Of a stretch of 64,000 nucleotides of DNA, positions 31,534-38,988 are shown one piece after another. A model generated the notes under the pieces. The model made no database searches and was not told where the DNA came from. It was given only the letters and a program-made list of their open reading frames with translations. The position numbers and the translations under genes were made by a program. The first letter of the stretch is position 1. Every line of letters begins with the position of its first letter. Origin of the DNA: an uncultured Ignavibacteria bacterium (GTDB lineage: Bacteria; Zixibacteria; MSB-5A5; DSPP01; RBG-1); assembly GCA_964399055.1 (NCBI GenBank), contig CAYNPJ010000002.1, positions 116,124-180,123 on the forward strand, given 5' to 3'.

Positions 31534-31893
31534 ATGCTCGAAAAAAGAACAACCCGGGGAGTCTATGGCTGGCTCTTACAGCGTCTCACCGGGCTTTTTT
31601 TGGCCTTCTTCTTAATAGTGCATCTCAACGTGATGCATTTCTCCGAGGGGAGCTTAGAGATTGACTTTCAGACCGTGGCTGAACGCTTGCAGAGCTCTCC
31701 CTTCTGGGCGGTGTTCTATTTCCTTTTTGTCCCCTCAGTGGTCTTTCACGGGCTGAACGGTATCTGGGGTATCTATATGGACTATCAGCCCGGCCCCAAA
31801 GCTAAGAAGGGCGTTTTAATTATACTCTGGTTAATAGGAATCGCTCTCAGTCTTTATGGAGCCTGGGGTTTAGTCCCCTTGTTTTACGCTTAA
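31534..31893 (+). CDS. sdhC: succinate dehydrogenase/fumarate reductase cytochrome b subunit (SdhC-like); ORF-track TTG start at 31492 probably spurious
   Basis: 3-TM heme-b type anchor with conserved His; directly upstream of sdhD/sdhA/sdhB. Confidence 0.7.
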   Translation: MLEKRTTRGVYGWLLQRLTGLFLAFFLIVHLNVMHFSEGSLEIDFQTVAERLQSSPFWAVFYFLFVPSVVFHGLNGIWGIYMDYQPGPKAKKGVLIILWLIGIALSLYGAWGLVPLFYA

Positions 31894-31896
31894 GAG

Positions 31897-32292
31897 TTGA
31901 ATATGAAGGTAAGCGACTTCTGGATGAGCCTGATCAAAGAGTGGAAGAGAAATCCCAATGTGGGGACTTTCTCCTGGATACTGCACCGGGTCACCGGCGT
32001 GATTCTGGTTCTTTATCTTTTCCCTCACTTCTGGTCTATTGCTTCTTCAAGATGGGGAGCCGAGGCCTTCACGCATAAGATGCAGTCTTATGAGACTCCG
32101 CTTTTCAAATTTTTGGAGATGGGCTTGGTCCTTTTGGTGGCGATGCACATGCTTAACGGCCTGCGCATAACCATAGCCGACTTTTTCTTCCTAACCAAAT
32201 CTCAAAAAGCCCTCTTTTGGGTGGCAGTGATTTTGTTTTTAGCTGTGCTGATTGCTTCAGTAATTGCTTTCTTCCCCAAGATTTTTGTATGA
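31897..32292 (+). CDS. sdhD: succinate dehydrogenase membrane anchor subunit (SdhD-like)
   Basis: 3-TM small subunit; ATGA overlap with sdhA start. Confidence 0.65.
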   Translation: MNMKVSDFWMSLIKEWKRNPNVGTFSWILHRVTGVILVLYLFPHFWSIASSRWGAEAFTHKMQSYETPLFKFLEMGLVLLVAMHMLNGLRITIADFFFLTKSQKALFWVAVILFLAVLIASVIAFFPKIFV

Positions 32293-33992
32293 CTATTCAT
32301 CACGACATAATTGTAGTGGGGGGCGGCTTGGCCGGCATGCGGGCCGCCTTGGAGGCTAAATTCCGTGGGGCTGACGTGGCCTTGATTTCCAAGGTGCATC
32401 CTTTGCGCTCTCATTCAGGGGCGGCTGAAGGTGGGATTAATTCGCCTCTAGCCAACCATCCGGATGGCGCCCAGGACAATCCGGAAGCGCATGCCTATGA
32501 CACGGTCAAAGGGGCTGACTTCTTGGCTGACCAGGATGCAGTAGATATTTTAACCGGAGATGCTCCGGAGATTATCTATGAGACCGACCACTGGGGTTGC
32601 CCTTACTCCCGATTTGAGAATGGCAAGATTGCCCAGAGATATTTTGGAGGGGGAAGATATCCCAGAACTTGTTATGCCGCGGATAGAACCGGACATTTTC
32701 TCCTGCACACTCTTTATGAACAAGTCTTGAAACATCAGCTTAAAATTTACGAAGAGTGGATGTGCCTGGCTTTAGCTGTGGAGAATGGCGTCTGTAAGGG
32801 TCTGCTTGCTTACAACATCAGAGAAGGCGTTCTGGTGCCCATGAGTGCCCAGGCAGTAATCATGGGGACCGGCGGCCATGGCCGAATTTATCGCAACACC
32901 ACCAATGCACATATCAACACCGGTCTGGCCATGTCAATTGCCTATTGGGCTGGTGTGCCTTTAAAGGATATTGAGTTTGTGCAGTTCCATCCTACCAGTC
33001 TGGCCCGGACTAACATCTTGCTGACCGAAGGGTGCCGCGGCGAGGGCGCCTATCTGATTAACAAAGACGGGGAGCGCTTTATGAAGCGCTACGTCTCAGA
33101 GAAAGTGATGGAGCTGGCGCCCAGAGACATAGTCTCCCGCTCGATTATGACTGAAATCGGGGAGGGCCGTGGAATTGACAATGCCTACGTCTATCTGGAT
33201 ATGCGCCATTTAGGGCAGAAGAAAATTGACGAAAGACTGCCCGGCACGCGCGAGCTCTGTCTGGAATTCATAAATTTAGACCCGGTCAAAGACCCGATTC
33301 CCATTCAGCCCGGCCAGCACTACACCATGGGAGGAATCGACACTGACTCTTGGGGTGAAACCAAGATGCCCGGCTTTTATGCTGCTGGCGAATGCGCCTG
33401 TATCTCTGTGCATGGCGGGAACAGATTAGGCGGCAATGCCCTTTTGGAGACCTTGGTATTTGGCAAGAGAGCCGGTCAGAGGGCGGCCGAATTCATCAAA
33501 CAGAAGTCTAATTCTCCATCGCCCAAGGCCCTGGATGAGGCCTTGAAGAAATTAGAGGCCAAACAGCAGGAGTTATTCAAGGGTAAAGGGACTGAAAATC
33601 ACTTTGACATTAAGAATCAGCTGGCTCAATTGATGGTGGAAAAAGCCGGCATATTTCGTACCGAAAAGGATTTACAGGAAGGCAGAGCTAAGTTGCAGGA
33701 TCTCAAGCAGAGAGCCAGAAATCTAGCTCCGGTGGCGCAGGAAAAGAGGTTCAACTTTGATTTCATCTTTTCAATGGAACTGCAGGGTAATCTTGAAATC
33801 TCTGAGGCGATATTTACTGCCGCTTTGGAGCGCAAGGAATCCCGGGCAGCTCATTTCAGAAAGGACTTCCCCAAAAGAGACGACGCCAACTGGCTCAAAC
33901 ATATTCTGGTGAACTGGTCGCCAGAGGGACCCAAACTCTGCTCGGAGCCGGTTAAGATATTAAGATATCAGCCGGAAGAGAGGAAATATTAG
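32289..33992 (+). CDS. sdhA: succinate dehydrogenase/fumarate reductase flavoprotein subunit
   Basis: MTIHHDIIVVGGGLAGMRAAL FAD-binding start, covalent-FAD His (RSHSGAAEGG), active-site HPT/RxEG motifs; start re-set to ATG 32289. Confidence 0.95.
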   Translation: MTIHHDIIVVGGGLAGMRAALEAKFRGADVALISKVHPLRSHSGAAEGGINSPLANHPDGAQDNPEAHAYDTVKGADFLADQDAVDILTGDAPEIIYETDHWGCPYSRFENGKIAQRYFGGGRYPRTCYAADRTGHFLLHTLYEQVLKHQLKIYEEWMCLALAVENGVCKGLLAYNIREGVLVPMSAQAVIMGTGGHGRIYRNTTNAHINTGLAMSIAYWAGVPLKDIEFVQFHPTSLARTNILLTEGCRGEGAYLINKDGERFMKRYVSEKVMELAPRDIVSRSIMTEIGEGRGIDNAYVYLDMRHLGQKKIDERLPGTRELCLEFINLDPVKDPIPIQPGQHYTMGGIDTDSWGETKMPGFYAAGECACISVHGGNRLGGNALLETLVFGKRAGQRAAEFIKQKSNSPSPKALDEALKKLEAKQQELFKGKGTENHFDIKNQLAQLMVEKAGIFRTEKDLQEGRAKLQDLKQRARNLAPVAQEKRFNFDFIFSMELQGNLEISEAIFTAALERKESRAAHFRKDFPKRDDANWLKHILVNWSPEGPKLCSEPVKILRYQPEERKY

Positions 33993-33995
33993 AAA

Positions 33996-34724
33996 TTGAA
34001 CCAGATTACCTATAAAGTTCAGAGATTTAATCCGGATAAAGATTCCAAGCCCCACTTTCAGACTTATACCTTTCCTCTGAAACCTGCCATGACCGTTCTG
34101 GAAGGGTTATATCACATCTTAGAGTATATCGACCACACTCTTTCCTTCCGCTCTTCCTGCCGGATGGCGGTCTGCGGTTCCTGCGCCATGCACGTCAACG
34201 GCAAATACCGGCTGGCCTGCAACACCCAGATTACCTCTTTGAAATCAGGCACTGTGACCATAAGGCCTCTTCTGCATCTGCCGGTTATGAAAGACTTGGT
34301 AGTCGACCACACCGGCTTTTTTGAAAATCTGATTGCCCTGAAACCCTGGCTGATGGGTAAGGAGCCGCTGCCTGAACAAGAATTTCATCAGACACCCCAG
34401 CAGAGGAAAAAGCTCGACATTGTGGCAGATTGTATCATGTGTCAGGCCTGCTATGCCTCCTGCCCGGTGGCCGGCACGGACAATAAATACTTCGGGCCGC
34501 ATTCCTTTTTGAAGGCTCTCCGCTTCGTGAACGATTCCAGAGATTCTGCAACTATAGAAAGACTGGCCCAGGTGGCAGGAGAAACCGGAGTCTTTCGCTG
34601 CCACACGATTTTCAACTGCCAGGACGTCTGCCCTAAGCATCTGGACCCGGCTGGCGCCATTGCCAAATTGAAAATGGCTGCGACTCTGTATAAACTTAAA
34701 GGAAAACTGAAAGTCAAAGCCTAA
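33996..34724 (+). CDS. sdhB: succinate dehydrogenase iron-sulfur subunit
   Basis: 2Fe-2S (CRMAVCGSCAM), 4Fe-4S/3Fe-4S cysteine clusters (CIMCQACYASCP, CHTIFNCQDVCPK); TTG start. Confidence 0.95.
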   Translation: MNQITYKVQRFNPDKDSKPHFQTYTFPLKPAMTVLEGLYHILEYIDHTLSFRSSCRMAVCGSCAMHVNGKYRLACNTQITSLKSGTVTIRPLLHLPVMKDLVVDHTGFFENLIALKPWLMGKEPLPEQEFHQTPQQRKKLDIVADCIMCQACYASCPVAGTDNKYFGPHSFLKALRFVNDSRDSATIERLAQVAGETGVFRCHTIFNCQDVCPKHLDPAGAIAKLKMAATLYKLKGKLKVKA

Positions 34725-35222
34725 GTGCCCAGAACAGCCTTTATACTTCTCTGCACCACTTTACTCTTCGTTTCCTGTATTAAGAAAAAAGAGGTCGCCT
34801 ACGTCTCGGATGAGTCCTTAATCCGCCAGCAGCTTACTCATTTCGAAGAGGCTTTAAAACAGATGACTCCTGAACTTTTTGCAGATTATTATGCCCGGGA
34901 CAATATCAGCGTCTTTCCCTTATGGGAAAGAGATAGCCTCTCTTCCTGGGAAGAGGTGATGAACTACTGGAAAGATTTTTTCAATAATCATCAGCTGACC
35001 GAATTCTCTCTGAGTTCAGTTACGGTGAATTCCGCCGGCCGTGTAGGCTGGGCAAATGGTAATTGGCAGATGAAGCTCGAAAAAAAGAGCTTTCCGAAGA
35101 AGAAGACTCAATACTTCACCCTGAAGGGGCGTTACACAGCCATATTTGAGAATAAAGAGGGGAGCTGGCAGGCGGTGCATGAACACATGTCTCTGGCAGA
35201 CTCGAATCTGACTGCTGAATAA
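34725..35222 (+). CDS. lipoprotein with SnoaL/NTF2-like (DUF4440-type) fold, co-transcribed with sdh
   Basis: GTG start right after sdhB TAA; lipobox FVSC; W/F-rich NTF2-like pattern. Confidence 0.5.
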   Translation: MPRTAFILLCTTLLFVSCIKKKEVAYVSDESLIRQQLTHFEEALKQMTPELFADYYARDNISVFPLWERDSLSSWEEVMNYWKDFFNNHQLTEFSLSSVTVNSAGRVGWANGNWQMKLEKKSFPKKKTQYFTLKGRYTAIFENKEGSWQAVHEHMSLADSNLTAE

Positions 35223-35234
35223 GAGAATTCCCTC

Positions 35235-35381
35235 TCATCTTTTATGCAGCCGTAATTCTCCGTTGATTATTTTGTTAACTATCTCGATGAACTTTTGAGG
35301 AGTCAGTTTCTGTAAAGAGAACTTGTGCCAAAGTTCTTTAGCGGGTTTTTTGAAAGGTTTGGGCTTCTTTTTCCTCGGCAT
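35235..35381 (-). CDS. 48-aa basic mini-protein, paralog 1 (MPRKKKPKPFKKPAKELWHKFSLQKLTPQKFIEIVNKIINGELRLHKR)
   Basis: AGGGGG SD + ATG at 35381; ~65% nt identity but conservative aa changes vs paralog 2 indicates purifying selection on protein. Confidence 0.5.
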   Translation of the reverse strand: MPRKKKPKPFKKPAKELWHKFSLQKLTPQKFIEIVNKIINGELRLHKR

Positions 35382-35494
35382 CTCAACCCCCTGGCTATTG
35401 AGATGTTGGTTTGGGCGCACTTCATAAACAACCTTTTCTTGTATGTAGGTTAAACGAAGGTGAGGAAAAATTATTTGTAACAAATGATGGGACT

Positions 35495-35530
35495 TGATTG
35501 AATATCAAATAGTTGTGAATTCTATCACAA
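35495..35530. promoter_or_regulatory. dual-palindrome element copy 1 (TGATTGAATATCA + TTGTGA-N6-TCACAA), upstream of mini-protein paralog 1
   Basis: perfect CRP-type TGTGA-N6-TCACA box at 35513-35530 preceded by 4-5-4 palindrome; ~115-150 nt upstream of ATG 35381. Confidence 0.45.
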
Positions 35531-35747
35531 TGACCTGTAAGAAAAATACCAGCTACGTCAGGTTTTGGAGAGACAGCAAGTATAGTACATCAACAACACA
35601 AAATAGGTCCTAGAATGATTCACAAATAAAAGATTACCCCACTCTTAGGAAAATAAAACTTTCCTTAAAACCCCCTGACCTCCTGCTTTTACTACCTTTG
35701 TTCTCCTTTTGAAAACTTTGAAGCCCGGGCCGAGCAAAAACCTTTAG

Positions 35748-35891
35748 CTATTTGACCAGGCGCAACTCCCCGCGGATTATTCTGTTTACCACCTGGATGA
35801 ATTTCTTAGGAGCCAGGCTCTGGAGCGAATATTTGTCCCACAGCTCCTTGGCCGGCTTCTGGAAAGGCTCAGGCTTCCTTTCCTTTGACAT
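35748..35891 (-). CDS. 47-aa basic mini-protein, paralog 2 (MSKERKPEPFQKPAKELWDKYSLQSLAPKKFIQVVNRIIRGELRLVK)
   Basis: AGGGGG SD + ATG at 35891; paralogous to 35235-35381 including 5' stem-loop. Confidence 0.5.
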   Translation of the reverse strand: MSKERKPEPFQKPAKELWDKYSLQSLAPKKFIQVVNRIIRGELRLVK

Positions 35892-36002
35892 CTCAACCCC
35901 CTGATGTTGAGATGATTGATCGGGCGCACTGTTAATACTGCCAGGCTCTGTCACAAATTAAACGAAGGGGGTGGAAAATGTGTTTGGAAAAAGTAATGGA
36001 AG

Positions 36003-36038
36003 TGATTGAGAATCAGGGGGTTGTGAAAAACGTCACAA
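36003..36038. promoter_or_regulatory. dual-palindrome element copy 2 (TGATTGAGAATCA-GGGGG-TTGTGAAAAACGTCACAA)
   Basis: perfect 13-bp and 18-bp palindromes; ~115 nt upstream of paralog 2 (minus) and ~245 nt upstream of membrane-protein gene (plus); embedded in 21/27-aa mini-ORF. Confidence 0.45.
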
Positions 36039-36281
36039 ATGGCGCGGATATACTGTTCTGATTTCTGAAGCGGCAGCATTAGATTCAGGATTAGGAGGGA
36101 CAAGTCAACTATGGATTCTGAAATGCAAGCGGACTTAAGACTCTAAAGAAGAGCGGATTAAAATATCAATCTTTGTCAACTCAGGATGGCTTGAACGACC
36201 AGAAAAGTATATCTTAAGTTTTGCATATATAGTCAAAAGGATAATGATGAGGTACAATAGATTAAAAAATAGGAGTGTCAT

Positions 36282-36824
36282 ATGGCCCAGAATGAAATTA
36301 ACGACAGCAGTGCCGTACGAACCATAGCGAACCGCCCCGGTTGTTTGGGAAAAGTGGGTTCGATATTGGCGCTGATTACAGATTTTTTTCGTCAGCTCAC
36401 CAGGGCTTTAAACACCTTAACCTATCAGTATGAATCAAGGCGGAAATTCCTGGGGCTGCCTTGGCTCTCAATAAATTTAGGTTTTGACACTCCAAATGGG
36501 AAAATGCGTCATGCCAAAGGCATCATTGCCATCGGCAGCCGGGCCACAGGTGTTTTTTCATTCGGTTTCTTTCTGTCACGCGGGCTGATAGCTGTCGGCG
36601 GGGTAGCCATAGGTCTTGGTTCAGTCAGCTTAGTCGGCCTGGCGCTGATTTCAGTGAGCGTGATTGGATTTGGGGTTGTGTCCGTGTCGGTTTTTGCCTT
36701 CGGGTATATCGCGATTGGGGTGCTGGCGCTGGGCTACAAAAGCATCGGGATTATAGCCATAGGCAAGGAGGTGGTGGGTATTATTGGAATAGGGCAGGAG
36801 GTTAATTCACTTTTCACTCCTTAG
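36282..36824 (+). CDS. membrane protein with C-terminal glycine-zipper/(I/V)AIG repeat region
   Basis: AGGAG RBS; N-terminal ~75 aa soluble part then repeated GIIAIG/GLIAVGGVAIGLG/IGFGVV/YIAIGVLALG/IGIIAIG/VGIIGIG motifs. Confidence 0.6.
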   Translation: MAQNEINDSSAVRTIANRPGCLGKVGSILALITDFFRQLTRALNTLTYQYESRRKFLGLPWLSINLGFDTPNGKMRHAKGIIAIGSRATGVFSFGFFLSRGLIAVGGVAIGLGSVSLVGLALISVSVIGFGVVSVSVFAFGYIAIGVLALGYKSIGIIAIGKEVVGIIGIGQEVNSLFTP

Positions 36825-36871
36825 AGAGGGGCTTTGGGAGGGAAATCTGTCTCAAAAGAAAGTGATGAAAT

Positions 36872-36907
36872 TAATTGAGAATCAGGGGGTTGTGAAAAGT
36901 GTCACAA
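36872..36907. promoter_or_regulatory. dual-palindrome element copy 3 (TAATTGAGAATCA-GGGGG-TTGTGAAAAGTGTCACAA), upstream of small ORF/protease
   Basis: perfect TGTGA-N6-TCACA box at 36890-36907; ~175 nt upstream of GTG 37082. Confidence 0.45.
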
Positions 36908-37081
36908 ATGGTGGAGAGGTCTCCCCTCTCCGCCTTTTTCTCTTGCTCGCGGAAAAATCTCTCCCACCCTTATTATCCAGAGTATTACGTATTATTATTA
37001 AAGAACCTTATTTTTTCTACCGATTACACTTGACAAGAAACGTTGACTGCGTTTATCTTGCCCTTGGAGGTGAGACCACCT

Positions 37082-37285
37082 GTGAACAGCGAGATACTTA
37101 AACAAGTACAGGAATACCGTAAGCGTCATCCAGATATTGATGCGATGCTCAAAAAACTCCGCATGACCCAGGAGGAATATGAGCGGGCCCTCGCTGCTAT
37201 CTCAGTGAGAGTGCCTAAGCACGAGCCTACGTTTAGCACAACGCTGAATCAATCCTATAATGCCAACGTTTCAACATCTACTTGA
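37082..37285 (+). CDS. hypothetical 67-aa helical protein (start GTG with GGAGGTGA RBS), overlaps protease start by 26 nt
   Basis: VNSEILKQVQEYRKRHPDIDAMLKKLRMTQEEYERALAAI...; RBS 8 nt upstream; translationally coupled position. Confidence 0.4.
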   Translation: MNSEILKQVQEYRKRHPDIDAMLKKLRMTQEEYERALAAISVRVPKHEPTFSTTLNQSYNANVSTST

Positions 37286-38249
37286 TAGCCTCCAAAACCC
37301 CCAACAACACAAGCAGCTTCGCCTCCAGAAAATAGCAGCGATTGAGACCATTACTGGCCGCCCGCTGATTGTATATGCAGCAAAAAGGGCGGCTGGCTTT
37401 TTTATCCCCAATGCTATTGATGATTCTGATATTACTGGTTTCAGTGACCTCATCGAGGGGATCACCGAGAAAAAGCTCGACGTATTACTGGAAAGCCCCG
37501 GTGGTCAGGCCGAGTCTACAGAGCGCATTGTTAATCTACTGAGAGAAAACTTCGAAGAAGTTCGGTTTATAATACCTCACTCCGCTTATAGTGCAGCAAC
37601 CATGCTGTCACTGTCAGGAGACCAAATTCTAATCGATGACAGGTCAACATTAGGCCCAATTGACCCGCAAATCCTCATCTCCTCTCCTAACGGCCCGACT
37701 ATGGCTGTACCGACTCAAGATATCCTCGACGCATTTAAAGAACTACGGAAAACACTGAAAAAAGAAGGAGCGGGGGTCTTGCCAGCTTATTATCCCATGA
37801 TTATTAAGTACGACCTGCATATATTTGAAATCTGTAAGAAAGCCCAACGCCTCTCCACCACACTTGTTCAGAATTGGCTTCAGCGGTTTATGTTCAAGAA
37901 CGACCCGAAGAGGAAACAAAAAGGAAGTAAAATTACGAAGCGATTCGCGGACCGGCGGAAGAATCTATCCCACAGCAGGAGTTTAGGGGTTACAGAACTC
38001 AAGCAACTTGGTCTTCAAATAGACGACCTGCGAAATACTCCTAACCTGCGAGGCACTGTATGGGAACTTTACTGTTTAATTGAACTCTTTTTTGACAGAA
38101 CTACTGCAATAAAGTTGTTTGAGAACTCGCGTGGAGTGAGCTGGTCAAGAAACTTTCAGCAATTCATATCCATCCCACTGTCAGCTCCCCAACCACCTCC
38201 ACAGATGCCACAGCAACCTCCGGTTACGCTTCCGCCGGCATCACCCTAA
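37260..38249 (+). CDS. ClpP-class serine protease of the SDH (serine dehydrogenase proteinase)/S49-like family with Pro/Gln-rich C-terminal tail
   Basis: ESPGGQAEST oxyanion-hole motif and HSAYSAATMLSLSGDQILI Ser-nucleophile region as in ClpP/SppA/SDH_sah; tail PQPPPQMPQQPPVTLPPASP. Confidence 0.65.
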   Translation: MPTFQHLLDSLQNPQQHKQLRLQKIAAIETITGRPLIVYAAKRAAGFFIPNAIDDSDITGFSDLIEGITEKKLDVLLESPGGQAESTERIVNLLRENFEEVRFIIPHSAYSAATMLSLSGDQILIDDRSTLGPIDPQILISSPNGPTMAVPTQDILDAFKELRKTLKKEGAGVLPAYYPMIIKYDLHIFEICKKAQRLSTTLVQNWLQRFMFKNDPKRKQKGSKITKRFADRRKNLSHSRSLGVTELKQLGLQIDDLRNTPNLRGTVWELYCLIELFFDRTTAIKLFENSRGVSWSRNFQQFISIPLSAPQPPPQMPQQPPVTLPPASP

Positions 38250-38278
38250 TAACTTTATACCTTTGCCAGGCACAAATC

Positions 38279-38300
38279 TCTCACTTTGGGTAAAGTGAGA
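38279..38300 (+). terminator. hairpin terminator between convergent protease and fumB genes
   Basis: TCTCACTTT-gggt-AAAGTGAGA followed by AATATTTCCTCT. Confidence 0.45.
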
Positions 38301-38418
38301 AATATTTCCTCTGCTTCTGCATCATTTGTGTAATGTAACCTCGCCCAAAGAGAAATTTATATCGCTGTAAAATCAAACAGTGCAAAACAACAGGTCCCAA
38401 ATTGAGATACCACTTACT

Positions 38419-38988
38419 TCAGCCCGTCTCCAGCAAGCTAAATCTCTTCCTCCCCTCCACAAACAAATTCCCCCCGTGACAATCCTGGGCCACAATCACC
38501 GGAAAATCCTTCACCGTAAACTTCCGAATCGCCTCCGGCCCCAGATCTTCATAAGCCACAATCTCGCTGTTAACAATATGCTCCCTCAAAAGCGCGCCTG
38601 CCCCGCCCGTAGCCAGAAAATAAACCGCCTTATGCTGTTTCATCGCCTCCTGGGTCTCGGGCGAAACTGCTCCTTTGCCTATCATCCCTTTTAAGCCTAA
38701 AGCAATCAAACTCGGTGCATACTTGCTCATCCGGTAGGCTGTAGTAGGTCCGGCTGAGCCGATAATTTCTCCTGGAGGAGCAGGGGTGGGGCCCACGTAA
38801 TATATTACCTGCCCCTTAATCTCAAAAGGGAGTTTTTCTCCAGTTTCAACTAACTGAATCAATCTCTTGTGTGCGGCATCCCGGGCCGTGTAGAGCGCCC
38901 CGGAAATTAAGATTCTGTCGCCGATTTTAAGCGAATCTACCAGTTCATTGGTGAAGGGTGTGAAGATTTTTTTGGCTCCGTTAGACAT
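38419..38988 (-). CDS. Fe-S hydro-lyase beta subunit (class I fumarate hydratase FumB / tartrate dehydratase beta-type); start re-set to internal ATG with GGAGG RBS
   Basis: MSNGAKKIFTPF...GDRILISGALYTARDAAHKRL...YYVGPTPAPPGEIIGSAGPTTAYRM...VIVAQDCHGGNLF matches FumA/TtdB C-terminal domain; no alpha subunit adjacent. Confidence 0.8.
   Translation of the reverse strand: MSNGAKKIFTPFTNELVDSLKIGDRILISGALYTARDAAHKRLIQLVETGEKLPFEIKGQVIYYVGPTPAPPGEIIGSAGPTTAYRMSKYAPSLIALGLKGMIGKGAVSPETQEAMKQHKAVYFLATGGAGALLREHIVNSEIVAYEDLGPEAIRKFTVKDFPVIVAQDCHGGNLFVEGRKRFSLLETG

Noticed and set aside
32217-32288. ORF-track N-terminal extension of sdhA
   Set aside because: The canonical FAD-binding N-terminus MTIHHDIIVVGGG starts at ATG 32289 and overlaps the sdhD stop (ATGA). 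The upstream extension would read through sdhD in another frame.
35996-36061. Mini-ORF as lasso-peptide/RiPP precursor (leader ending ...VTN, core starting G)
   Set aside because: A Thr at -2 and Gly at +1 are present, but the core would be only 6 aa in copy 2. There is no Asp/Glu at core positions 7-9, and no maturation (B/C-type) genes nearby.
36862-37101. 79-aa ORF-track CDS (MMKLIENQGVVKSVTNGGEVSPLRLF...)
   Set aside because: Its conserved 5' part coincides with the dual-palindrome DNA element, which also occurs in a non-translatable copy (35495-35530). The remainder is low-complexity and overlaps promoter-like sequence for the next gene. It is kept only as a question in findings.
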